Assembly: GCF_009914755.1 (NCBI RefSeq)
Contig: NC_060926.1
Strand: one strand, 5' to 3'
DNA from: the human T2T-CHM13v2.0 reference genome, Homo sapiens
Length of the DNA stretch: 64,000 nucleotides
Shown here piece after piece: positions 1 to 11,635 of the stretch. Within the stretch, counting starts at the first letter, position 1; each line of letters opens with the position of its first letter. A model generated the notes under the pieces. That model was given only the letters and a program-made list of their open reading frames with translations, searched no databases and was not told the origin of the DNA. A program made the translations under genes and the position numbers.

Positions 1-769
1 CAGCAGGAGTCTCCTGTTTCAAGAAAAATGATCAGAAAGAAGTCAGGGTGCCATAAACTCAATAGAAACTAAGTGTTTTTCTTCACTGAAGCAATAATGA
101 AATTCTTGCTGATTCTATAGTCCTATAGTGCTAACCATATTATGAAGGCCTGAGGCAAAACCGTCAACCCCATACAGCAGAGTCAGACCTGATCTGATGC
201 CAGACGCCAAATCCCAAATGTATTGTTTTAAGGCATATTTAATATGAGCTCAGATTTCACAGATATTACTGAGCCAAAATATTCCAGAGCCTAAGCTGCC
301 ACTTGGCCATGAATTTTATTTGGAGACTGCATTAACTCATTAAGGTCAGCAAGCTATGGTACAGTTAATTATAGCTTTGGTGTATATGAACTACAATAAG
401 AAAATTGCAGGCATAATTATTTTGTGAGGGACAGAGACCTCAAATTTCAAGGAGGTTCTCATTGTTGTGAGGTTTATAACCATATTTTTCAGAGTGGATG
501 ATCAAAAGAAGGGAGGACTCAAGTTTAAATTTGTACCCTTAGTCTACTAAGTGAAGTTTTCAGCGGTTCTTAGAACTTAACCTGCAGTTATTTAGTACCT
601 GCAAGAATAGGTTGTCTGTAAATCAATGAAAACTGAATGTTCTGTCTACAAACTCTGGTTCCCCTACAAGGCATCAGGAAAATACTAACATTTATTTTTT
701 GCAAATAAAAGTTTAGGGATAACAAATATAGTAACTTTTCTCAAAAGGGAAATAAAATATTCTGATGTA

Positions 770-1990
770 TATATATAGTTTTTATTTTTAAATAGCTTTT
801 TGATAGAAAATATATGTAAATGATATAAATGCAAATATCTAAAAGAAAATGCAGTATAATATCTCCTTTTTACCTTGTTTCCCCAGGCCCAGTTCCCCTT
901 CCTAGAGGCAACTACTACTACTTATCTCCCATATATATTTCCAGGTATTCAATAGGTATATGCTAGAACATGAGTGTATGTATACATATTCTATTTTAAA
1001 ATACATATTCAAATGGAATCTTATTATACAAACTGTTTTACACCAGCATTTTTTACTTAAAATGTATATTAGAGTTCATTTATCTTAATTTTTATAGATT
1101 TGACTCGTACCTATTACTGGCTACATGGGTTTCCATTGCATGTTATGTGCCATAATTTATTTAACCAATTCCCTGAATGTGAGTATTTGGGTTGTTTCCA
1201 ATCTTTAGCTAATATTGAATAAAGTTGCAAGTAATACATTTTTACACACATACTTTCAAATATATGTGGATATATTTATAAAATTAATTTTTAAAGGTAG
1301 ACTTGGCTTTGTACAGAATGTTTATTTATGATAGTTACTGCAAAACTACTTTCTATGGAGTTTGTATGAACTTATTCTCCTGACAGCAATGTAACAGAGT
1401 GCCTATTTATCCTCACCAATATAATATGTTATCATATTTTTGATATTTCCAATCTGACAGGGACAAAGATGAGAGCATATTATAATTTTAATTTGCATTT
1501 GTCTTACTATGAGAAAAGTGGAATATATTTTTCTTATACTTAAGAATTATTTTTTATTTTCTTTCCTGCAACTGCTTATTTAAAAACAGCCCATTTTTTC
1601 CTTCTATTTTTTTCAATCTATAGCATCTTTTAAGACAAAATATTAGCCACTTGATTTTTTGATGTGTGGTCTTTTAAAAATGTATATTTTTTGACTTTAT
1701 GGTGCTTTGTGCTACAGATTTTAAAAGATTTAATTAAAAATGTTAAAATTGTTAGGTGATTATCTAATTCTTCTTTGGCTTCTGGATACTGTATAATGCT
1801 TAGAAAGGCATCCAGAGAGATGGGCAGTAAGGGGTAGGAAAAAGGATATAAAATATATACATACACACACATGCATCTGTATCACCTTTCCCTCTTGTAT
1901 TTTTAGTATTTTGGTGGTTTAATGTTATAAGTTTAAATATTTTATCTATTTGGAATTTATTTTCTATATGGAGTGAGGTAGAGATCAAAG
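770..1990 (-). mobile_element. Old L1M (L1ME-like) 3' region
   Basis: Antisense L1 motifs (TTCCATTG...TTTAACCAATTCCCT, TTTAATTTGCATTT); highly diverged, boundaries approximate. Confidence 0.65.
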
Positions 1991-2589
1991 AACAACTAAA
2001 TAAATGCAGAGACAGTCCATGTCTTTGAATAGGAGTGTTCAATATATCAAAGACACTAGTTCTTCCCAACTTGAACTAAAGGTTTAATTTAATTTCTGTC
2101 AAAATCCCAGCAGTTATTTGTGGATATTGATAAACTGATTTTGAAGTTTATTTGGAAAGGCAAAAAACCCAAAAGAGCCAACACAATGTTGAAGAAGAAC
2201 AAAGTTGGAGGACTGACACTAACCCAACTTTAAGACTTACTGTAAAGCTGCAGTAATCAATACAGTGTGGTACTGACAAAAGAATAGATAAGTGGATCAA
2301 TGGAATAGGATAGTGAGTGTGGAAGAAGGCCCACATAATTACAGCCAACTGATCTGTAATAAAGAAGCAAGGTAATAAAATGAAGAAAAGATAGTCTTTT
2401 CAACATGTATTGCTGGAATAACTAGACATCCAAATGCAAAAAAAAAAAAATGAACCTAGACCTTATGCCTTTCACAAAAAATAATTCAAAATGGATCACA
2501 AATCTAAATGTAAAATGCAGAACTAAAAAACTACTAGAAGATAATATTGGAGAAAACCTAGTTGACTAAATTTGTTGATAACTTTTTAG

Positions 2590-2753
2590 TTCTCTGTTTT
2601 TCTTGGAACTGTCTCATCTTCATATTTGAGTTCTGGAATATTTCTGGTGATATTCTCAGTGCTATATATTTGTTTTTGGTTTTCTAGGAGTGATGGTGAG
2701 GAGGAATTGTGCCAGCTTGCTTCTTCACTGCCATTTTGGAACCAGAACTCAGG
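2590..2753 (-). mobile_element. Short L1 5'UTR-like fragment flanked by target-site duplication
   Basis: Minus strand begins GAGTTCTGGTTCCAAAATGGC; flanked by TGATAACTTTTTAG (2576-2589) and TGATGACTTTTTAG (2754-2767). Confidence 0.6.
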
Positions 2754-3309
2754 TGATGACTTTTTAGATATAACACCAAAGGCACGATCCATGAAAAAAA
2801 AGAATTGACAATCTGATATCATTAAAATGAAAAATTTTGCTCTGTGAAAGATACTATCAAGAGAATAGGAAGGCAAGCCACATACTAAGAAAAATATTTG
2901 CAAAAGACATGTCTGATAAAGGACTGTTACCCCAAACATGCAAAAAATTATTAAAGCTCAACAATAAGAAAATGAACAATCTGAATAAAAAATGGGCCAA
3001 AGACCTGAACAGACACTTCACCAAAGAAGACACACAGATGGCAAATAAGCATATGAGAAGAAGATGCCCCACATCCATCATATGTCATTAGTGAAATGCA
3101 AATTAAAACAATAAGATAGCACTACACCCTCATTAGAATGGTCGAAGTCCAGAACACTAACAACATTAAATGCTGATGAGGATATGGAGCAATAGAAGCT
3201 CACATTCATTGCTGGTGGGCAAGCAAAATGGTACAGCAACTTGGAAGACAGTTTAGCAGTTTCTTAAAAACCAAACATACTCTTACCATATGATCCAGCA
3301 ATTGCATAC

Positions 3310-3401
3310 CTTAGGATTTAACCAAAGGAGTTGAAAACTTATGTCCACACAAAATCCTGCACACGGATGTATACAGCAGCCTTATTCATAATTGCCCAAA
3401 C
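3310..3401 (-). other. SCN1A: SCN1A 5'UTR exon (92 nt), exonised antisense L1
   Basis: Acceptor TGCTTCCAG| at 3402, donor AAG|GTATGC at 3309; lies within the L1 ORF2 C-terminal region (+ strand reads KTYVHTKSCTRMYTAALFIIA); matches recalled mRNA. Confidence 0.85.
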
Positions 3402-4449
3402 CTGGAAGCAACCAAGATGTCCTTCAGTAGGTGAATGGATAAATAACCTGTGGTACATCCAGACAATGGAATATTACTCAGCATTAAAGGAAATGAGCTA
3501 TCAAGCCATGAAAAGACATGGAGAAACTTTAAATACATATTACTAATTGAAAGAAGCAATCTAAAATGGACATACAGTATGATTCCAACTATATGACATT
3601 ATGGAAAAGACAAAACTACAGAGACAATAAAAAGATCAGTGATTGCCAGGGCAGTGAAAATACTTTGCATGACACTGTAATAGTGGACACATGTCATTAT
3701 ACATTTGTGCAAACCCATAGAATGTACAATACCAAGATTGAATTATAATGTAAACTATGGACTTTGGGTGATTATGATATATCAAATTGGGTTCATCAGT
3801 TGTAACTATATACAATACCTAAACACTGTCTCTAAAATAGCTCTTGAATCAAAGAGGACTTTGATTCTAATACATATAATATAGCACATATGTTAAAATA
3901 TACCTATATACAATACAGGTATATTTGAACTGCGTTTAATTTGTTAATTTAGGGAAAAAATTAATTTTTTTCCTAAATTAATTTTCTTCCATTGTATTTT
4001 TTCTCTTCTAAATAGATTATTTTTACAGTAATACATATGTGCTACTCTGGTGCGAGATATTGATAGTTGGGGGAGGCTCTGCGTGTGTAGAGAAAGGGGA
4101 AACTCTATATTTTTGGCTTAATTTTGCTGTGAATCTAAAACTACTGTAAAACTAGTCTATTTCAAAGAGAAAAAGTACAATGGAAGAAATGTTTCTAAAT
4201 ACAATGTAAGCATTTTTTAAAAGCTTTGAATAAACCAAAAGTAAATATAAATGGATGGAAAGTTATATCCTATTATTAGATAGGAATGCTATATCATAAA
4301 GATATTAATTTTCCCTAAATTAATAAATTAAATGCAGCCTTTGAAAAATAATCACAAAATTCATATAACTAGAGAAATCTATTTGAGACTTCATGTGGAA
4401 AAATAAGCAAACAAGAATAACCAGAAAATTCTTAAAATGAATTTTGGTT

Positions 4450-5100
4450 TCAAAGTCCTCACTGATGCAAGAACTATTTAAAAGAAAGTGTTTAAATTTT
4501 TCAAATGATAGATTTTCCTTCTAAGTTTTAAATTTATGTTTAGTTTTATTACCCTATGCTCTGATAATGTAGTTCGTACCATTTCTGTTTCTTGGAATTT
4601 ATTGTGATTTATTTTTATCCTAATAGAGGTTGTTTTTAAAATGACTTTTCTAAGAACATTAAAAAGAAACTTATTCTTTATTTTAAAGCAGTAGAGTTCA
4701 TTATGCCTCAATTATATTGATCTTATTTCTTATCTTATGTAGACCTTCTATGTCTGTACATATTTTTTTTCTACTTGACTGTTCCAAGTTGGGAGAGGCA
4801 AATTAATGTCTATTTAATGTGTTTTTATTTATTGTGGTTTCTGTCATTTTTGTTCTATGAATTCCAATGCGGTATTGTTTGATGTGTAGATAACACTTAT
4901 GATCAGATCTTTGGAGTGAATTGAACCCTGTACTTCCTTAAATGGCCCTTGTTTATCTTACTGTAGTTTCTTCCCTTTAAAGACAACTTTGTCTCATAGC
5001 ATATAATGACTTTAATTTCTACTTATTTGCACTTATCTAGTATGTCTTTTTCCATCAATTCGGTTTCATCCTTTTCATTTTACTGTTTTAGCACTTTCCT
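4450..5100 (-). mobile_element. Old L1 ORF2 endonuclease-region fragment
   Basis: Minus translation contains KINHNKFQETEMVRTTLSEHRVIKLNIN, resembling the L1 EN SDH motif region. Confidence 0.6.
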
Positions 5101-7109
5101 TAATATGTATATGTTTAGATATCATATATAGGTATATTTTAACATATGTGATCATTACGACAATCACCGTCTTTCAGAGTGCCACACTTGATGTTATTGT
5201 CCATGAAGTTGTGTGAATGGACAGAAACAGTTACTAAAAGCCTTCCTATTCTCCAGAAATACTGCATTTGAGAAAAGCTCTCTAAAGAAAATCTCCCTGG
5301 TCACTAGCTATCATTTACTGGAGAAATAAACAACCAAGAAAGTAGAAGACATGAATTCTACACTGACAAATATGATCAGTTCAAACGTATTATATATAAT
5401 TATAAATTAGTTAGATACAGGAATTATATTCATATGTAAGCAATATAACCCATATTATAATGAAATCATACTGATACTAGAAAAAGTATTTTTTTAACTC
5501 TAAGTAGATCTTCTATTCAAATGCTACCTAAAAATAAATTATGTTATATTAATTATAAGAATAAAACTCATTAAAAATCTCATAAGGTTAATTATGAAAT
5601 ACCTAAAAAACTGTCAGATGTCATTCAATATTAATATTTTTTAGTAATATGAAAAATTGTTCTAAATTACATTTGAAATCTGTACTTATTCTATTAAAAT
5701 ACAGAAATAAATCATGAATTTTCCATTTACACTTACAAAGGAGATTTCACCTCTTTATTCTAAAAATTTATAACAGAAGACTTAATTGTCCTAATTTATG
5801 AAAATACATGTCACTAGATACGGGGTAGTAACCTCATAGAATCTGCAGTTTTGGCTTACAGCTTTCTCTTTTCATAAAAACCAGCATTTAAATATTTGGT
5901 TACATAGAGGAGACCTTGCTCCTTTCAAAAGAGGTAAGACAATGAAACTTTCCTAACAAGAGAAGACTTCAAAGAGAGAGGCCTTTTCAAGATGATTATG
6001 GTTATGCATTTGGACAAAATAAAATTAAGAAGAGAACTAAGAAACCATAGCTAGGAAGAAAAAGTAACAAAGTGCATGTTAGCAAACTTCAAATCTGAAG
6101 GAATTTTAAAAAATATTGGAAATAAGTAGAGTAGTGGGCAATAGAAAACTGGAAGAAGAATGATTCTTTGGAAGACAAGAAAAATACATTAAAAGTGGAA
6201 TTCAATTAGATAAGCAATCCTAAAGAAGACAGGAAAAAAATAATCCAAAAGAACATGAAATGGAAGTGAGAGATCATGGGGGAAAAAAAAGATTGTAAGA
6301 AAATGAAGTGGAAATTTTGAGTGGAAAGAAATAGTAAAGTAATAGCAATAACATGACCAATATCAAATAACGTGGACAAAAGAATTATAAGGAAAAATTT
6401 GTTAGAATATACAAATAATAAATAAAGATATAATATCATCTGGTAATATCTAACTGACAGAAAAAGAGGGAGGTAAATCTGTAGCATTATAATTAACAGA
6501 TGACCTTCTCGGGAGACTTTACAAGATCAGAAAGTTAATACTGATAATATTCAGTGTCATTTCTAAGACTTTACTAATTCATTACTTATCATAAATGTTC
6601 TAGTACTAGATGAGGTTTTTGCTTCTGGGCATTATATATCTCTGTTTCCCGTAGAAGAGGACACATGTATTACATTCTGGACTTGAGGAGGCATTTATCA
6701 CAGCCAAAAGATGTTTATACTTGAGGTGACTGGGAGTGGTAAACCATATGGCTTTGGTGACCCTCAAAGTGCAGATGGAGGAGCTTTATTTAAAGTAATC
6801 CTAACCCATGAAGTCTTACAGTTAAACTCCCTTGGGCATCTGCTTTTCTCCAGTCAAACAAATATGTACGATAGCTCACAATGAAGTATTTCATTTTCCC
6901 TGTGGCATTTCACACAGAAGTCTTAACTGTAAAGGCAACCTTATAAATGCTTTGTACCCGAAGAAACTGGCCTTTTATAAGTAAATCATTATGTAGTTTC
7001 TTCCTTTGGAGGGCAGCTCTGTGTGACTGCTTGGGCCTCTGTGGTTAGATCTGTTTGGTTAACGGGCTTTTGGGCTTTCACACAAAGCTATACTCTCCAC
7101 AAACTTCTG

Positions 7110-7278
7110 TGAGATAAAAAGGTGATATCTGTCTTAGTCCTCTGAATATTTTTTCTTTGTTCAGAACCTGAGAAAGATGAATGAAATTTAGTGTTTCCCA
7201 TCCCCGAGAGACACCCAGCATCCACAACTTCACACTCTGATGCCATTGTGTATTTATGCAAGAAATACCATAACTAAG
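7110..7278 (+). ncRNA. SCN1A-AS1: Probable first exon of antisense lncRNA SCN1A-AS1
   Basis: Plus-strand donor AAG|GTAATG at 7278/7279 in unique sequence; start position approximate, from recalled annotation. Confidence 0.45.
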
Positions 7279-9050
7279 GTAATGTCTTGAGATTTTTTGG
7301 TTCAATAATGTCCTTAAATTCTATGTTGTTTTTAAAGCCTAAAAGAAATTCCCCCTCCTCACTCCCCCGTCTCTCCCTACAACCTGGTGAGACAATTCTC
7401 TCATTTTCTCCTCCCAGTTTCCAATGCTATTGTTATGATCTATTAGAATAATTGCTATTATTTTTTTGCCTTATCTGACCCTAGAAGTGATTTACAGGGA
7501 AAAAAATTACTAACCAATTGATTAGTGAACTGAATATAAAGTGCAGCTCTTATGGTTTATTCACAGACAAGAATATATATAGTACTTAATGTGATAGTAT
7601 TTTGTTGTTGATGTGGAACAGTGTTAGTCTATAATACAGGCTTTCAGGCAGACAAGACCTAGTTTACCTTGACCTCTGGACTTCTGAAAGGTTGAGTAAG
7701 TTATTTTAAGAGAATTAGACAAAGATAAGTAAATCAAAACCAATAAATGGCAAAGATTTAAAAAACAGAGATTAGTCTATTCCTCTCATTTAATAGAAAA
7801 CAAACTGAATCAAAGAAAAATGGGCAATTTCTTTGTTTAGAACTTATGTGCTTCCTACTTTCAAAATAAATATGTCATTTGTCCCAGGTTACGCAGCTTA
7901 TTAATGGTGGGACTTAAATCAGAACTTTTATTTTCTAACTCCCAAACCAGTGTCTGCCAGGTCCTAATAGTTATGAAATATTCTTTTAAAGCTAAATAAA
8001 ATATATGAAAATATAAGTAGCTGTGTTAAAATAGTATTTATCTACTCTAATTGATCTAGGTCTCTCCAAGGAATTTATATTACTTGGACAGACCCAAAAC
8101 AAATACAGTAAATAAAGCATTCTGGCAAAAATGGAGACTTCAAAATTTTGAAAAATGGGAGACTCCAAAATTTAAAAAGATGATTGTAATATTCAAGTTT
8201 AGAATCATATGATGCAGGTTTTAATCCTGCTGAACTATACCTCCACCGTCAATTTATGTTTTACTTCCGTTATGTTTTATGTATTGCTAAACTGGATTAT
8301 TTCTAGTTACTAACTGAGCAGATGACTTTATATAATTTATCTGTAACTCCAAAGTTCAATATAGTTGTGCAACATTTATATATCTTCACCACCTTATAAT
8401 ATATAATCTGATGTGGAGAAAAATTATATATCTTCAATTCTGTCTATAAAGTAGTTTAATATCCATACTGAAGAGAAACCAAAAAGACTTCTGCCAAAAT
8501 GCTTGCCATCTCCTTGTAAAGAGCTATTACTATTCTGGGGACATAAACCATCTGGGCACGACAATTTGTGAAGTGTTTCAGTTCGTTTTGTAGTGTTCTT
8601 GCCACCTACTTTACAAAAGAATGTTACTGCCAATAATAATAAAAATAACTAGGTAAAATGTTATTCTTACTGTTGTGATCTCACATAACTATTTTTTAGC
8701 AGCCAAGAAAGAAATTGGTTTTTACATAGAAATCCCAAACCTAGAAAGTATTGTTTTATAAATTTCTTTTCTAGAAATAATTTGATTTGGTGTAATTATA
8801 ATTACAAAAATATTTCATTTGATTTCTCAATAAGCCAATTTTTAGTAGGTTGGGGTTAACTAAAACAACATATTTCAGCCATATGTTTAAAACTTTTACA
8901 TTTAAAAATAACTTCATTATCTACCCTTAGTTTTTCATGCCTTATGCAAACTGCAGTTAAAATAAGGTCAGATATCTAACATATGTCTGTATCTACATTT
9001 GTATACTCCAGGGGTGTTTTTCAAGACACCCTAATAATAAACTAAGAAGT

Positions 9051-9195
9051 AAAAAATTCATTCAATCTACATACAATACATAGAAATACAATACATAGTT
9101 TTTGCCTGAGATTCAGATCTCAGGCAAAAAATTCATTCAATCTACATACAATACATAGAAATACAGTACATAGTTTTTGCCTGAGATTCAGATCT
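9051..9195. repeat. 70-bp tandem duplication with hairpin junction
   Basis: 9051-9120 and 9126-9195 differ at one base; spacer CAGGC. Confidence 0.95.
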
Positions 9196-10019
9196 GCCAT
9201 AGTTTATTAGGCTCTGCCTGTAGTTTTCTCATGAAACACATCAGTATCATTAGGATGATTAATTTCATTTTTTTCCTTACAGAGAAGATTGTCATTAAAG
9301 AGTAAGACCATGGATAGTTCACATAATAAATCATGTGAAATTTAGGATCTCTTCTAGACGATCATAGTCAGAATAATTTAAGGGAATTCCTTTGAACAAA
9401 TGTCATTAGTTTATATCAAGAATATAGTAATGACTGTCATTGTAAGTAAATTATTTAAGTTAACCTCTTTTAGTAAAGTTTTCCTGTTAGAAAATAAGTA
9501 ATCTTATTGTGTGGGTGAGTGGTCACTCGACAGAGATTTGGGAGGATGTAGAGAGTGAAGTCTAATCCTCGTGACTGTGATTGTGGTTGCAGATTTTGAG
9601 ATACCAAGTGTGAGGTGATAGGCACTTAAAGCCCAGTGTGGGCCTCCCAGGGCTGTTTAGCTAGCAATGAGAGAGGCACTGCCTATATCCAAGTTGTATA
9701 TGGCAGGTTTTGCACAAAGTGGATTACTCGAAGAGAAAGCCTAATGGCCAGTCTATTCATCTTCCCCTTTCTCGATGTTCATCTTTTCTCTCCCAGCTCT
9801 CCTTTATTCTCAATTTTCTTTTTTTTTTTTTTTTTGCTCAGCCTCCATCTCACTTCCGTTGCTGTCCTCTCCCCACCCCTTCCCACTCTGGACTGTGCCT
9901 CTCCTTTGTAGACACTTCAAGTCCATTCTATTTCATTCAAAAACCATGGTCTAGAAGTAACTTAATGTAAACCCACAAAGATGGAGACAGAATGAATGCC
10001 ATTCTTCTTGCTGCTCTCT

Positions 10020-10320
10020 CAGACAATGCAGGTCATTTTTGCCTATGGTGCTGGTAAAGCCAGGAGTTATGTAGCTATAAGTAGCAGCCAGAGGAAATAG
10101 TGCCTGAGTCAGCAATTGTCTTTTTATTGCTGTGGGGCAATAATGGGAGAAAAAATCAGGCTTGGTACAATTCCCTTTGAAGGAAAAAGATGCCAACACT
10201 AGCATTTTAACACAAAATGCTGGTTGGGGGTTGGGAGGAAGGATGCTTACATTCCTTCTTTGGAAATATCTACTTTGATAACCATTTTGGTAAAATAATG
10301 CAGTGTTTTCAGTGTGCAAA
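10020..10320. promoter_or_regulatory. Core of human orthologue of Scn1a E2 (S5E2) PV-interneuron enhancer
   Basis: ATGGTGCTGGTAAAG...TTATGTAGCTATAAGTAGCAGCCAGAGGAAAT...GAGTCAGCAATTGTC...TAAAATAATGCAGT closely resembles the mouse E2 sequence as I recall it; carries MEF2-like and AP-1/Maf motifs. Confidence 0.65.
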
Positions 10321-10339
10321 TCCTTTCAGGACTCATGGT

Positions 10340-10774
10340 TGTATGGCAGACGCACCTGACAGCAATAATTTAAGGGTACCCTGAGAATGACTCTGTGGTC
10401 TAAAAAGAATGTGTGTTTGGAAGTCTGAGGTAAGAAATCTGGCTGGAAGTGGCCAACCTGGAAATTTGCTCCTTATTATTAAGGATTTCCAAAGCCTGGT
10501 CCATTCCTCAGAATGTGGGCCATACAGTGGATGAAGCCCTTTGTTTGGATTAAATGAATGTTGCTAGGTGGAGAGTGCTAAGTGAAAATGCTATATAAAC
10601 TGCATGCTTTTTACAAACATTAGTGGTTCTCCCATCCAGCCCACTGCCACTGGACCACCCCTGTATATGAGTCCTAGATAAATCCTATGTCTCCCTTGCT
10701 GGCTTCAAGTCTCTTCTTTAGTCTCTTGGCCATGATGCCATCCCTATTGGACTCAACGGTGTTCCAGCACAACA
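10340..10774 (+). mobile_element. Solo LTR, LTR47/MER72-like (ERVL)
   Basis: TG...CA ends, 5-bp TSD ATGGT (10335-10339, 10775-10779), TATATAAA box. Confidence 0.8.
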
Positions 10775-11635
10775 ATGGTATGATTAGACTCTGTTCCTGG
10801 GAGACATACAATACCCTCCTTTGGTAGGATCTATGTGGAATGTTTAGTCATTAGTGTTATTAAGAAATCATAGTTATTTAATTTATGTTTTAAGACTTTC
10901 ACCTTTCATTCTCTGAATGTTAGTTAGCTCAGGGTGTGAAATGGTTCAACAGAAATACTTGAGCTGCTGCAGCCAGAAGGATGTTTATGGTGTTATGCAG
11001 GAAATATCCTGCAGAATTCTGTGTGGAATTCTGCTCAGAGGGGTTTCTCTTTAGCATAAACTCAATTTAAAAATACTCTTCTGCTCAAAAGCATTCTTAT
11101 GAAACCACCTCAACACAAAGCAAAACTGTCCAGGCATAGTTGCTGTATGGAGAGATACAGCATAGAACCCACGGGCAGCGGGGCTGAAGCAGAGAAAAAC
11201 TGCAGGGGAAAGAGAAACAGATCCAGGAACGGGGAGAGGAGAGTGTTGAGCACAAATTAACTACCCTGGGGAATGAGTATCAGGTGTTTGACACTTTCAC
11301 TTTTCCAAATAACCTGAAGACAAATGGAACCTCCCTGAGTTATGAAAAATTGAGACTAGAAGTATCAGAGCTGCAGAATTCATTTGGTTCAGATTCTGTA
11401 TATATAAAATCTAGACATAGAACAAGTCTAAGCAAAGGCATATTATCTGCAATGGTTACTATGGATTATTGTTCAGAGAAGAACCATTTTGGTATAGAGA
11501 AAGCTGAAAGAACTTACAGAAAATAGGTCTTGAAAGATGAAAGGCAGAGATAATTTCCTGATTCAGAAACTCAGTATATTAAATTTTCTGTATGTTATTT
11601 ATCATTTATGATATAAAATTATGCTTAATTTATCA

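Larger units (their letters stand above)
2033..4170 (+). mobile_element. L1MC1/2-type LINE-1 3' portion, interrupted twice
   Basis: ORF2 remnants (KWAKDLNRHFTKED, WYIQTMEYYSALK) and L1MC-type 3'UTR; insertions at 2590-2753 and 3807-4044. Confidence 0.8.

Noticed and set aside
9051-9195. CRISPR-like repeat-spacer array
   Set aside because: Only two copies, no spacers of constant length, eukaryotic context.
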